From Ktedonobacterales bacterium (GTDB lineage: Bacteria; Chloroflexota; Ktedonobacteria; Ktedonobacterales; JACDGC01), in the NCBI GenBank assembly GCA_038234855.1, contig JBBQSR010000001.1, positions 1 to 37,299 of the forward strand: a stretch of 37,299 nucleotides of DNA. The letters run 5' to 3'. Shown here one piece after another: positions 22,536-30,686 of the stretch (the stretch's first letter is position 1; each line of letters starts with the position of its first letter). Under the pieces are notes generated by a model that saw only the letters and a program-made list of their open reading frames with translations, was not told where the DNA came from and did not search any database. The position numbers and the translations under genes are program-made.

Positions 22536-25500
22536 TCACTCCTCGTCGGTCCCCAGCATCGCGGCAATCTCGGTTAGACAGCCCGCGCGGTCCTCGATCC
22601 AGCGGCGATAGGGCAGGCGATGCACTTGCCAGCCAGCGCGCTCGAGGATGGCTTGGCGGGCGACGGGGTCGATGCCGTCGGGCAGGGGATTGGCAGGGGG
22701 GACGCCATCGCACTCGATGGCGATGGTCGCGTTGCGGTGCGACGCGACGAGGGGGATCTGGAAGCCCGCCACGGGGTAGTCGAAGTAGGCGGTGTAGCCC
22801 TGGTCGCGCAGCGCCCCGGCTAGCTCGCCCACGAAGCCGTCGCGCGCGGCTTGCTCGGCCTCCTCTTCCTCCTCCAGCAGGTCGGCGGCATATTGCAGGT
22901 AGAGCGTCAGCAGATGTTCGCTGGGTAGGCCCTTGATGTCGAGCGAGGTGAAGATCACCTGGCGCTGGCGGGCACGCGTCACCGCGACGTTGAAGAGGTT
23001 TTCTTGGTTGAGGAAGGTGATGGTCGCGCGGTGCGAGGTCGGGTCTACCACGAAGCTCAGCAGCATCACATCGCGCTCGTCACCCTGGAAGGTGTGCGCC
23101 GTACCGACGGCGACCTGATGGTCTTGCAGCGTGCGCGGCTTCAGCTTCGCCGCCAGTTGCTTGTTGAGGTAATTCACCTGATCGCGGTAGGGCGAGAGGA
23201 TGCCGATGCTGGTCTTGCTGCGCGCGTCGCGCTTGGCCTCGGCCTTGGCGATGCGCTCGATCTCTTTGAGGATGGCATCGACTTCCTCGACGTTGTAGCC
23301 CTCTTTGCGGCGCTTGCCATTGGGGACTTTCTTCAGTTCCACGCTGCGGAGGCCGATGGTGTCGGGCCGCTTGCTCATGATGCGCAGCGACCCGCCGTAG
23401 AACTGGCGATTGCTGAACTCGATGATCTGCGGCATGCTGCGGTAATGCTCATCGAGCAGGATCACGTCGTCCTGGGTGGGCAGTGCCTGGTTCACCGCGT
23501 CGAGCAGGCTGTTGGTGCGGTAGTTCCATTGTTCGCGCTCGATGGCGGTCAGGCCATGCTGCGTGGCGATGGCGCGCAGGCGATCCTCGCGCAGGAAGGA
23601 GAGGTGGCGCAACTGCTTCGGGTCGCCGCAGACGACGGCATGGTGCGCGCGGTACAGCAGCGGCAGCGCGCTGGCGATGTCGCACTGCGACGCCTCGTCG
23701 ATGATGACCAGATCGAACATCTCGCGCACCAGCGGCAGGAACTCGGCGACGTGCTGGTTGGTGACGGCCCAGATGGGGAAGGTCCGCAGCAGCGCGCGAA
23801 AGTCCATCTCGCGGAAGATGGCGTCTTGCGCGGCATCGGACTTCGCGTTGAGCGCGGTCTGGAAGGCGGTGAGGGCGCGGCGGTCGGTGCGCAGCGCCTG
23901 GGCCAGCGCGTCGCGGCGGCGCACGGCCAGCAGTTCCGCGACCAAGTGGCCTCGGTCGTCGCGGGCGCGGGCATAGCCGGTGAAAAGGGCGTTCAGGTCG
24001 CCGTGGCCTTCCAGCGCGCGGGTCGTCGCCAACCATTGCAGCCGGGCACGCTCGCGCTCGGCGATCTGGGGGATGCGGTCGCGCTGCTCCTCGGCGATAT
24101 CCAGTTCGTTGCAGAGGGCGGTCATCTGGTTTTGGCCGCGCCGCTGCATGGCCCAGCCGACCAGTGGCGCGGTGTTTTCGCCGAGCTTGCGCGCCTCTTC
24201 GTAGCGCCGCAGGATCTCGTCGGGACCGATGGCGGCGGCGGCCTCGCGGGCATAGTTGGGCGTGTTGAATTTGTCGAGGTCCATATGGGTGCCGGTCCAG
24301 GTCAGTTCCAGGTCCAGCACGGCGACGATCTCGCGGCTGAGCCGCTCCATCTCGTCGTCGGCGGTGCGCAGCCGATCCTCCAGCATGGCGACCTCGCCGG
24401 GGCGCGCGGCCTGGGGCATCCCCTGCGGGCCGGTGTTGGTGAGCAGGCCGTTCAGCCAGCCGCGCATCTCTTCGCGGTGGCCCCGGTCGCCGCCCCGCAA
24501 GATGAAGGTCTGCGATCCCAGGTGTGGCTGTAACTTTTCGATGACGACATCGACGGCTTTATTCATCTTCGAGGTGATGAGGACGGTTTGGCCGCGCGCG
24601 ACGGCATCGAGCACCACCTGCGCGGTGGTGAAGGATTTGCCGGTGCCGGGGGGGCCGATGACGAGCGACAGCGGGCGGGTGCGGCCATGGCGCACGACCG
24701 TCTGCTGCGCCAGGCTCAGTTCGGCGGCGGCGAAGATCGGCTCGACATCTTTGCTGGGGTCGCCGTTGCGTTCGGCGGCGGAGAGGGCCTTGTCATCGAA
24801 GATGGCGGCGAGCGGCGTGGAGGTGTCGCCCGTCTGACCGAGCAGTTGCAGTTCCGTCAGCACGCCCTTGGCCTCGGTGGGGCGCGCGGCCAGCAACATG
24901 GCGGAGGCGCAGACCAGGCGCATCGGCCCGCTCATCGCCGCGCGTAGCTCTTCTTCGCTCATCAGCGTGGGGAAGGCGCGTAGTGTCTCGGTGTCGAGAT
25001 CGGGCAGCAGTTCGCCAACCAGGCTGGCGAGTTCGCGCAGGGCGTCGTCGGCGAAGGGCGGCGCGGGCACCTGCGAGAGAATCGCCTCGGCATAGGCCTG
25101 GGCCTGTTCGTCGCTCTCGGCGTCGATGAAGGTGGAGAGCAGCGGGAAGTTGACATGTTGCTCATCCAACGCGACCGAGACGAAGGACTGGCTGCCCTCC
25201 AGTTCGACGCGCGCGGGGTAGTAGAGCAGTGGGGCGCAGAAGCGTTCGCCCGCGTTTTTGCCGCGCGCCAGCCCCTTACCCACCAGGAAGACCGAGCCGT
25301 AGATGAGATATTTTTCGCGGCGGTTGATCTCCGCGGCGTTGTGGACCTCGATGCCCGTCTTCACTGGGACGCTCATGCGCGTGTCGGCGGCGGTCAGCAA
25401 CGTCTCGGTGCCCGACGCGAAGACGCGATAGTCCGTCTGCTCGAAGACATCTTTGAGGATGCCCCCGCGCGCGTCCGCAGCGAAGCAGTCGTGGAAGTAC

Positions 25501-25619
25501 CGCGCGACGCGCAAGAAACCCTGCGAGGCATTCGCCGGAGGAGCCTGCCCCGCCAGCGACACCCCAAACGGATCGGGCGCGGTGGTGGATGGCGTGGATT
25601 GGGCATCGAGACGTGTCAT
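22536..25619 (-). CDS. Upf1/DNA2-like SF1 helicase (DUF4011-like N-terminus, AAA_11/AAA_12 core) fused to a C-terminal DUF559/Vsr-like PD-(D/E)xK endonuclease domain
   Basis: 1027 aa. Walker A GPPGTGKS (nt 24633-24656), motif II IIDEASQ (about 23685-23705), VCGDPKQL, LDEHYRSMPQIIEFSN, GTAHTFQGDERD, NVAVTRAR. C-terminus: FDYPVAGFQIPLV...ATIAIECDG...ARQAILERAGWQVHRLPYRRW. RBS GAGGAGAAG. Confidence 0.9.
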   Translation of the reverse strand: MTRLDAQSTPSTTAPDPFGVSLAGQAPPANASQGFLRVARYFHDCFAADARGGILKDVFEQTDYRVFASGTETLLTAADTRMSVPVKTGIEVHNAAEINRREKYLIYGSVFLVGKGLARGKNAGERFCAPLLYYPARVELEGSQSFVSVALDEQHVNFPLLSTFIDAESDEQAQAYAEAILSQVPAPPFADDALRELASLVGELLPDLDTETLRAFPTLMSEEELRAAMSGPMRLVCASAMLLAARPTEAKGVLTELQLLGQTGDTSTPLAAIFDDKALSAAERNGDPSKDVEPIFAAAELSLAQQTVVRHGRTRPLSLVIGPPGTGKSFTTAQVVLDAVARGQTVLITSKMNKAVDVVIEKLQPHLGSQTFILRGGDRGHREEMRGWLNGLLTNTGPQGMPQAARPGEVAMLEDRLRTADDEMERLSREIVAVLDLELTWTGTHMDLDKFNTPNYAREAAAAIGPDEILRRYEEARKLGENTAPLVGWAMQRRGQNQMTALCNELDIAEEQRDRIPQIAERERARLQWLATTRALEGHGDLNALFTGYARARDDRGHLVAELLAVRRRDALAQALRTDRRALTAFQTALNAKSDAAQDAIFREMDFRALLRTFPIWAVTNQHVAEFLPLVREMFDLVIIDEASQCDIASALPLLYRAHHAVVCGDPKQLRHLSFLREDRLRAIATQHGLTAIEREQWNYRTNSLLDAVNQALPTQDDVILLDEHYRSMPQIIEFSNRQFYGGSLRIMSKRPDTIGLRSVELKKVPNGKRRKEGYNVEEVDAILKEIERIAKAEAKRDARSKTSIGILSPYRDQVNYLNKQLAAKLKPRTLQDHQVAVGTAHTFQGDERDVMLLSFVVDPTSHRATITFLNQENLFNVAVTRARQRQVIFTSLDIKGLPSEHLLTLYLQYAADLLEEEEEAEQAARDGFVGELAGALRDQGYTAYFDYPVAGFQIPLVASHRNATIAIECDGVPPANPLPDGIDPVARQAILERAGWQVHRLPYRRWIEDRAGCLTEIAAMLGTDEE

Positions 25620-25677
25620 ATGGTCTTCTCCTCAACGGCTGCTGGCCTGGTTCCCCGCGCATGCGAGCGCACCACTA

Positions 25678-25706
25678 ACCATACCGTGACACAAGAGCAG
25701 CGTCAA
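25678..25706 (-). promoter_or_regulatory. sigma70-type promoter TTGACG-17-TATGGT for the helicase gene
   Basis: The minus strand reads CTTTGACGCTGCTCTTGTGTCACGGTATGGT. The -10 lies about 58 nt upstream of ATG 25619. Confidence 0.5.
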
Positions 25707-25826
25707 AGATCCTAGGACTTCTGGCAAGGGGCGATGGGAGCATCTGGGGGACATCTTCGTTGTCTATGCTTGCTGCGTCAAGATCGGGCGGGTGTGAGGC
25801 ACGCACCTGTCTTTTGGCGGGGGGCA

Positions 25827-25835
25827 TGCTACAAT
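25827..25835 (+). promoter_or_regulatory. extended -10 element TGCTACAAT
   Basis: Identical 9-mer at 26850-26858 in front of the paralogous gene. About 85 nt upstream of ATG 25920. The leader contains an 8-bp stem, CGGGCATG (25837-25844) / CATGCCCG (25873-25880). Confidence 0.5.
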
Positions 25836-25919
25836 TCGGGCATGATGGCGTATCGGGTATCATCACCTGAACCATGCCCGGTGCTCACTTCATCTACGCA
25901 GAGAAAGGTATCATCGCCC

Positions 25920-26735
25920 ATGTCGAATCCGACCGAACCCGAGAGCGTGCCCACCACGCAGCCGTTTCAGCCGCCTCCCGGTGAGGGCATGGTGACGCCG
26001 CCCCCCGCGAATGCCTATCCGGGGTATCCGGCGGGCTACCAGCCCAACACCACACCGCCCGTGACGCCCAGCCCCGCGCCGCGCCGCCGGGGTGCCGGGG
26101 GGGCCATCGTCGCAACCCTGGTGATCCTGGCCGCGTTGGCCGGTGGCGGCCTGTATGCCCTGGGCCGCAATGGCACGGGGCCGCTGGCGAATATCGTCGC
26201 CACGGCGACCATCGCCGCGACCGCCACGCCCACGTCGCCGCCGACCGCGACGCCAACCCCCACGCCCCCGGCTGGCTATTCCTATTTCATCGCGACGGAC
26301 CGCAGCTATCGCATCGCGTATCCCGTGGGCTGGGTGCCGCTGGAGCAGACGGCGAATGGCGTGACGGGCCTCATCATCGCGTCGGACCTGAACGCGACGA
26401 ATATCTTCCTGGTCTTTCCCTCGCCGCAAAAGGTGCAGCCGAGCCAATATCAGGCTTTCCTGACGCAGGTGCTGAACTCGCTGCCCATAAAGAATCAGGT
26501 CGCGGATGTCAAGCTGAGTAGCACGACCACCACGGCCACCCTGGGCGCGAACACCTGGACGAGCGACACTGGCACCCTGACCTTGCAGGGCAAGCCTTAC
26601 AGCGGCACCGTGCTCGGCACCGATTGGAAGACGGGCACTTTCCTGGCTGTCTATGCCGCGCCGACCGCGACCTTTACCGCGACCGAGCAGCAATATTTCA
26701 CGACGATGGCGACGAGCCTCACCATCTTCCCCTAA
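25920..26735 (+). CDS. single-pass membrane protein: Pro-rich cytoplasmic tail, TM, PT-linker, extracytoplasmic beta-rich domain (PsbP/Mog1-like by impression)
   Basis: 271 aa from ATG 25920, with GAAAGG upstream. TM is GAIVATLVILAALAGGGLYAL; linker is ATATPTSPPTATPTPTPP. The C-terminal domain is shared with 26947-27894 (SY.IAYP..W, LGANTW, APTATF). Confidence 0.8.
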   Translation: MSNPTEPESVPTTQPFQPPPGEGMVTPPPANAYPGYPAGYQPNTTPPVTPSPAPRRRGAGGAIVATLVILAALAGGGLYALGRNGTGPLANIVATATIAATATPTSPPTATPTPTPPAGYSYFIATDRSYRIAYPVGWVPLEQTANGVTGLIIASDLNATNIFLVFPSPQKVQPSQYQAFLTQVLNSLPIKNQVADVKLSSTTTTATLGANTWTSDTGTLTLQGKPYSGTVLGTDWKTGTFLAVYAAPTATFTATEQQYFTTMATSLTIFP

Positions 26736-26756
26736 CGACGTTCGCGCTACCAAGTA

Positions 26757-26795
26757 GAGGGCGGCAGGGCTGGCTGTGGCTGGCCTTGCCGCCTC
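26757..26795 (+). terminator. terminator-like hairpin after the first paralogue
   Basis: GAGGGCGGCAGGG...CCTTGCCGCCTC: about 12 bp with one bulge, 14-nt loop, no T tract. Confidence 0.35.
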
Positions 26796-26849
26796 GTCGT
26801 GTCGCGCGTCAGCCGGTGCCATTCGCGATTGTACACATGCTTGATTCTT

Positions 26850-26858
26850 TGCTACAAT
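26850..26858 (+). promoter_or_regulatory. extended -10 element TGCTACAAT, with TTGTAC 18 nt upstream
   Basis: TTGTAC at 26829-26834, TGCTACAAT at 26850-26858. The leader has overlapping stems: 26863-26871/26902-26910 and 26897-26904/26918-26925. Confidence 0.5.
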
Positions 26859-26946
26859 GCGACCAGCATCATTGGTCTTCCTTGATCATCTTCCTTGCGC
26901 GTGATGCTGGGCAAGCGTCACGCGCAGGTGAAAGGTATCGTCATCC

Positions 26947-27894
26947 ATGTCGTATCCTCCGTATGGTCAGCCCAATCCGCCGCCGGACTATAACCCCAAC
27001 GCGCAGCCGCCCAACGTGCAACCGCCGAATCCAGGGCAGGGCGGCCCATCGTCGCCGTACCCGCAGCCGAGCGGCTATCCCCAACAGCCCTATCCGCAGC
27101 AGCCTTACCCGCAGCAAGACGGATACCCGCAGCCAGGGGGATATCCACCGTCACAGCCCTATCCGCAGGGCTATCCACCGTCGCAACCGTATCCCCAGCA
27201 GGGCGGCTATCCACCCAATTATCAGCAAGGTGGCGCGCCAGGGCTGCCCCCACCGCAAAAGAGCGGCTCACCCGTCGCGCTGATCGTCGGCATCTTGGCG
27301 GCGGTCATCGTGGTGACGCTCATTGGCGGACTCCTCATCGTGGGCAAGGGCGGCGCGGGTCCGCTTGCCGCGCTCGGTGCCACCGCGACGCCGGTGGGCA
27401 CCGCCACGCCGACGCCGTTGCCGCCTACACCGACCGCGATCCCTGCCCCGGCGGGCTTCACCACCTACACCGCGAAGGATGGCAGCTACAGCATCGCGTA
27501 CCCGAGCGACTGGACGCCCTCACCTGCGAATTCAAGCCTCACCGCAGTCTTTCTCTCGCCCGACCTGCAAGACTATTTCCTCACACTATCGTTTCCGGGG
27601 CTGCAACCAACCTCACAATATCCCTCGTTGGCATCAAGCTTCGCAAAGGGATTGGGGGCGACAAATGTGAAGTTGTCGCCGACGTTCACCCACGCGTCGC
27701 TCGGAGCCAACACGTGGAATAAAGAAACGGGGACGATGACCTACACTGGTCAGGCGTACACTATCGACATCCTCGGGACGGACCACGCAGGCAGCACCTT
27801 CTTCGTCCTCTATTTCGCGCCAACCGCGACGTTCAAGTCCGTCGAAACCACCGACTTCACGGTGATGACGACGAGCGTGGCCTTCAAGAAATAG
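26947..27894 (+). CDS. single-pass membrane protein: Pro/Tyr/Gln-rich repeat tail, TM, PT-linker, extracytoplasmic domain; paralogue of 25920-26735
   Basis: 315 aa. N-terminal ~104 aa of YPQQP / GYPPSQPYPQ repeats. TM is VALIVGILAAVIVVTLIGGLLIV; linker is TATPVGTATPTPLPPTPTAIPAP. The upstream GAAAGGTATCGTCATCC-ATG resembles the paralogue's GAAAGGTATCATCGCCC-ATG. Confidence 0.8.
   Translation: MSYPPYGQPNPPPDYNPNAQPPNVQPPNPGQGGPSSPYPQPSGYPQQPYPQQPYPQQDGYPQPGGYPPSQPYPQGYPPSQPYPQQGGYPPNYQQGGAPGLPPPQKSGSPVALIVGILAAVIVVTLIGGLLIVGKGGAGPLAALGATATPVGTATPTPLPPTPTAIPAPAGFTTYTAKDGSYSIAYPSDWTPSPANSSLTAVFLSPDLQDYFLTLSFPGLQPTSQYPSLASSFAKGLGATNVKLSPTFTHASLGANTWNKETGTMTYTGQAYTIDILGTDHAGSTFFVLYFAPTATFKSVETTDFTVMTTSVAFKK
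27058..27234 (+). repeat. coding low-complexity tandem repeats (YPQQP / GYPPSQPYPQ)
   Basis: For example GGATATCCACCGTCACAGCCCTATCCGCAG is followed by GGCTATCCACCGTCGCAACCGTATCCCCAG. The repeats are in frame within the CDS. Confidence 0.8.
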
Positions 27895-27916
27895 CGCATC
27901 GACTGCGCCGCAACCA

Positions 27917-27962
27917 CGAGCCAGCCACCAGAGACAATCGCTCGTCTCTGGTGGCTGGCTCG
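27917..27962. terminator. strong bidirectional terminator hairpin
   Basis: Perfect 19-bp arms CGAGCCAGCCACCAGAGAC / GTCTCTGGTGGCTGGCTCG with an 8-nt loop. Lies between convergent genes and ends 2 nt from the MFS stop codon. Confidence 0.8.
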
Positions 27963-27964
27963 TT

Positions 27965-29209
27965 CTATCGTGTGCCGCGCGGCTCACCCGGCAAGCTGAA
28001 GAGCCACAGTGACGCCAAGATAAGACCCACGGACCCCAAGCCCAGCGTCAGGCGCAGCCCCAGGTGCACGCTCGCCAGCGCGGCCAGCACCGCCCCCAGT
28101 GGCAGCGCCGCCTGGGCCAGCAGGCGTGATGCCCCCAGCACGCGCCCCAGCGTGGCAGGCGGCACCGCCGATGCGACCAACCGCGCACCACAGATCTCAT
28201 ACAGCGCGGCGGCGGCGTCGCCGAATCCCTGCGATGCCACGAGCAGCAGTGCGCCCCCGGCCAGCGGCGTCAGCAACGCGCAGCCGCCCGCGACGAGCGC
28301 CGCCCCGCCGATGAGCCGCTCGACCGACCAGCGACGTGCCAGCGCGGGGGCCAGCAACGCGCCCCCCAGCGCCCCCACCCCGCCCGCCGAGATGCACAGC
28401 CCCAGCACCAACGGAGCCAGCCGCAACTCGCGCAGCAGATACAGGCTATAGAGCGCGGCAAAGGCCCCGCCACTGAAGCTGCGCGTCACCGCCGCCAGCG
28501 TCAGCGAGCGGATGGTGGCATCGCCCCACAGCACACGCCAGCCCGCGCGCAGGTCGCGCCAGAACGTTCCGGTGCTGGCCTGGGGCGGCGGCTCGCGGTG
28601 GTGCACGCGACCCAGGCACAGCGCCGAGACGAGGTACGACAGCGCATCGCCCGCCATCGCCCCTACGGGTGTGAGCACCTGGATCATCCCGCCCGCCAGC
28701 GCGGGGCCACCCGCCTCGGCCAATGCGCGGCTGGCGCTCAGCCGACTATTGGCCGCCACCAATTGCTCATCGGGCAACAGCACCGGCAGATATGCCCCCT
28801 GCGCCAGATCGAAGATGACGCTCAACAGCCCCACCGCCACCGCGACAGCGACCAAGACGCCCCAATCGAGTCGGTGCAGCACCGCGCCGAGCGGCACGAT
28901 CAACAGCAGGGTCGCGCGGGCGAGATCCGCCGCGATCATGAGCGGGCGACGACGTAGCCGGTCGACCCACACGCCCGCGACCAGTCCCAGCACGAGGGTG
29001 GGCGCGGCTTCGAGGGCGACCAGCGCGCCCATTTGCAGCGGCGAGGCGTGCAGCGTCAGCACCGCTAGGGTGCCCAGACCAATGCTGGTGAGATACGAAC
29101 CAAAAGTCGAAACCGACAGACCCGACCAGAGCCACGCGAAATCGCGGCTGAGCAGCCAGCGTTTGCCGCCGCGCACCCAACGGATACGCGCCGCAGCGAG
29201 AGGTGACAT
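27965..29209 (-). CDS. MFS transporter, MFS_3 / EntS-like family
   Basis: 414 aa from ATG 29209. Contains RDFAWLWSGLSVSTFGSYL and the loop motif VWVDRLRRRPLMI, with about 12 hydrophobic helices. The 445-aa track ORF adds an unlikely N-terminal extension. Confidence 0.85.
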   Translation of the reverse strand: MSPLAAARIRWVRGGKRWLLSRDFAWLWSGLSVSTFGSYLTSIGLGTLAVLTLHASPLQMGALVALEAAPTLVLGLVAGVWVDRLRRRPLMIAADLARATLLLIVPLGAVLHRLDWGVLVAVAVAVGLLSVIFDLAQGAYLPVLLPDEQLVAANSRLSASRALAEAGGPALAGGMIQVLTPVGAMAGDALSYLVSALCLGRVHHREPPPQASTGTFWRDLRAGWRVLWGDATIRSLTLAAVTRSFSGGAFAALYSLYLLRELRLAPLVLGLCISAGGVGALGGALLAPALARRWSVERLIGGAALVAGGCALLTPLAGGALLLVASQGFGDAAAALYEICGARLVASAVPPATLGRVLGASRLLAQAALPLGAVLAALASVHLGLRLTLGLGSVGLILASLWLFSLPGEPRGTR

Positions 29210-29406
29210 GCCATTACTCCAACCTGTACGCCGAACAGACACCCAGGTGTCATAGCGAAAGACGAAGGGCACAGGGAGGCGTCGTTGGCTGGAGATGGCC
29301 ATGAAAGCGGGGCGTCGCCGCAGAGGGCAGACGCCAGCATAGGGGAAACACGGCAGGAATAGGATGTCAGTACACCAGGAAACCCGCCACCAGACGCAAC
29401 GACGCG

Positions 29407-29436
29407 CTAGTGGCAGTGGCGGATGGTCTTGCCCAT
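29407..29436 (-). CDS. possible 9-codon upstream ORF / leader peptide (MGKTIRHCH)
   Basis: ATG 29436 lies 4 nt after GAGGTGAT (revcomp of 29441-29448), which is fully complementary to the canonical anti-SD. It is about 200 nt upstream of the MFS start. A chance ORF cannot be excluded. Confidence 0.2.
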   Translation of the reverse strand: MGKTIRHCH

Positions 29437-29527
29437 CGGGATCACCTCGTGGAGATCAATGTTTTGCTCTAGTACCGCACACAACGCAAGCGAACGTCAA
29501 GTGACCGCTACATCGGCAGGCCGCGCT

Positions 29528-29548
29528 GCTGGGCAGACGTTGCCCAGC
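29528..29548 (-). terminator. hairpin after map
   Basis: GCTGGGCA-ACGTC-TGCCCAGC on the minus strand, 10 nt after the map stop. No T tract. Confidence 0.4.
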
Positions 29549-29558
29549 CCAGCGCGTC

Positions 29559-30383
29559 CTACGGGTGTGGCAACGCCCAACCCTCGCCATCCGGGCCGCT
29601 GGTAAGGATGTCGGGGCCGGTCGCCGTCATGGCGATGGTGTGCTCGAAGTGGGCGCTGGGCAGGCCGTCGCGCGTGACCACCGTCCAATGATCCGCCGTG
29701 ACGCGCACCTCGCCTGAGGCTTGGTTGACCATCGGCTCGACGGCGATGACGATGCCCGGTTCCAGCGTGAAATCTTCATCGCGCTCGAAGTGGCGGTCCG
29801 AGTAATTGGGCACACGCGGATCTTCCCATAGCCCCCTGCCGATGCCATGGCCGGTCAGGCCAAAGTCGCCACGCACGATCGCCAGTCCCTGCCCGCGCAC
29901 ATAGCCGTCGATGGCCTTGGCGATGGTGCTCCAGCGCACTCCGGGCCGCATCATGCCCAGGGCCAGCGCCAGGGCTTCCTCGGTGACGCGCAGCAGGTGT
30001 TGCTGGCGCGGAGCGATGGCCCCGACCGCGTGCGTCTGGGCGGCGTCGGAGCACCACCCCTGGTAGCGACAGCCGATGTCGACGCTGACGATGTCGCCCA
30101 CCCGCAACGTGCGCGGGCCGGGGATGCCATGCACCACGGCGTCATTCACCGAGATGCAGGTGGTCGCGGGGAAGGGCACCACGCCCGCCACCCCCTTGAA
30201 GAGCGGTTTGGCCCCCCGCGCGAGGATGTGGCTTTCGACTACGGCATCGATCTCCGCCGTGCTGACGCCGGGGCGCACCCACTGCGCCGCCAGTTGGTGC
30301 GCCTCCCAGGTGATGAGGCCCGAGGTGCGCATCAGCGCGATCTCCGCCGCCGATTTCCGCTGGATGACCATTGCGCGCTTCAT
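29559..30383 (-). CDS. map: type I methionine aminopeptidase
   Basis: 274 aa. All five metal ligand contexts are present (SVDIG, CSDAA, GHGIG, AVEPMVN, FEHTI). The ATG overlaps the stop of the upstream HTH gene (ATGA). Confidence 0.9.
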   Translation of the reverse strand: MKRAMVIQRKSAAEIALMRTSGLITWEAHQLAAQWVRPGVSTAEIDAVVESHILARGAKPLFKGVAGVVPFPATTCISVNDAVVHGIPGPRTLRVGDIVSVDIGCRYQGWCSDAAQTHAVGAIAPRQQHLLRVTEEALALALGMMRPGVRWSTIAKAIDGYVRGQGLAIVRGDFGLTGHGIGRGLWEDPRVPNYSDRHFERDEDFTLEPGIVIAVEPMVNQASGEVRVTADHWTVVTRDGLPSAHFEHTIAMTATGPDILTSGPDGEGWALPHP

Positions 30384-30646
30384 CTGCTTACCTCGCTCGG
30401 CTCTTGTTCCCACGCCAGCAAATCGGTTGTCGTGACCGCCAGGTAGCGGTTGAAAAACGCCAGCAAGCGGTCGATGGTCTGGTAGTCGATGCGCTGGCTG
30501 CGTCCCGTATTCAATGCCGTGAGCACGCTCAGGCTGACGCCGCTTTCCTGCGCCAAGAGGCGCAGACTCACCCCTGCCTGTCCATGTAGTGCGCGTTCGA
30601 CATTCACCCGCGCGAGCAGTAGCCGCAACCGACACGATATGGTCAT
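30380..30646 (-). CDS. XRE/Cro-C1-type HTH transcriptional regulator
   Basis: 88 aa from ATG 30646, with GAGAGG upstream. VSLRLLAQESGVSLSVLTALNTGRSQRIDYQTIDRLLAFF matches the HTH_26-like Cro/C1 pattern. Confidence 0.75.
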   Translation of the reverse strand: MTISCRLRLLLARVNVERALHGQAGVSLRLLAQESGVSLSVLTALNTGRSQRIDYQTIDRLLAFFNRYLAVTTTDLLAWEQEPSEVSR

Positions 30647-30686
30647 CTCCACACCTCTCACCCCTAAGGGGCATCATCTACGTCCC

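Noticed and set aside
27058-27234. Short tandem DNA repeats as a CRISPR-like or minisatellite element.
   Set aside because: The repeats are contiguous with no unique spacers, are in frame, and encode the YPQQP / GYPPSQPYPQ low-complexity tail of a CDS.
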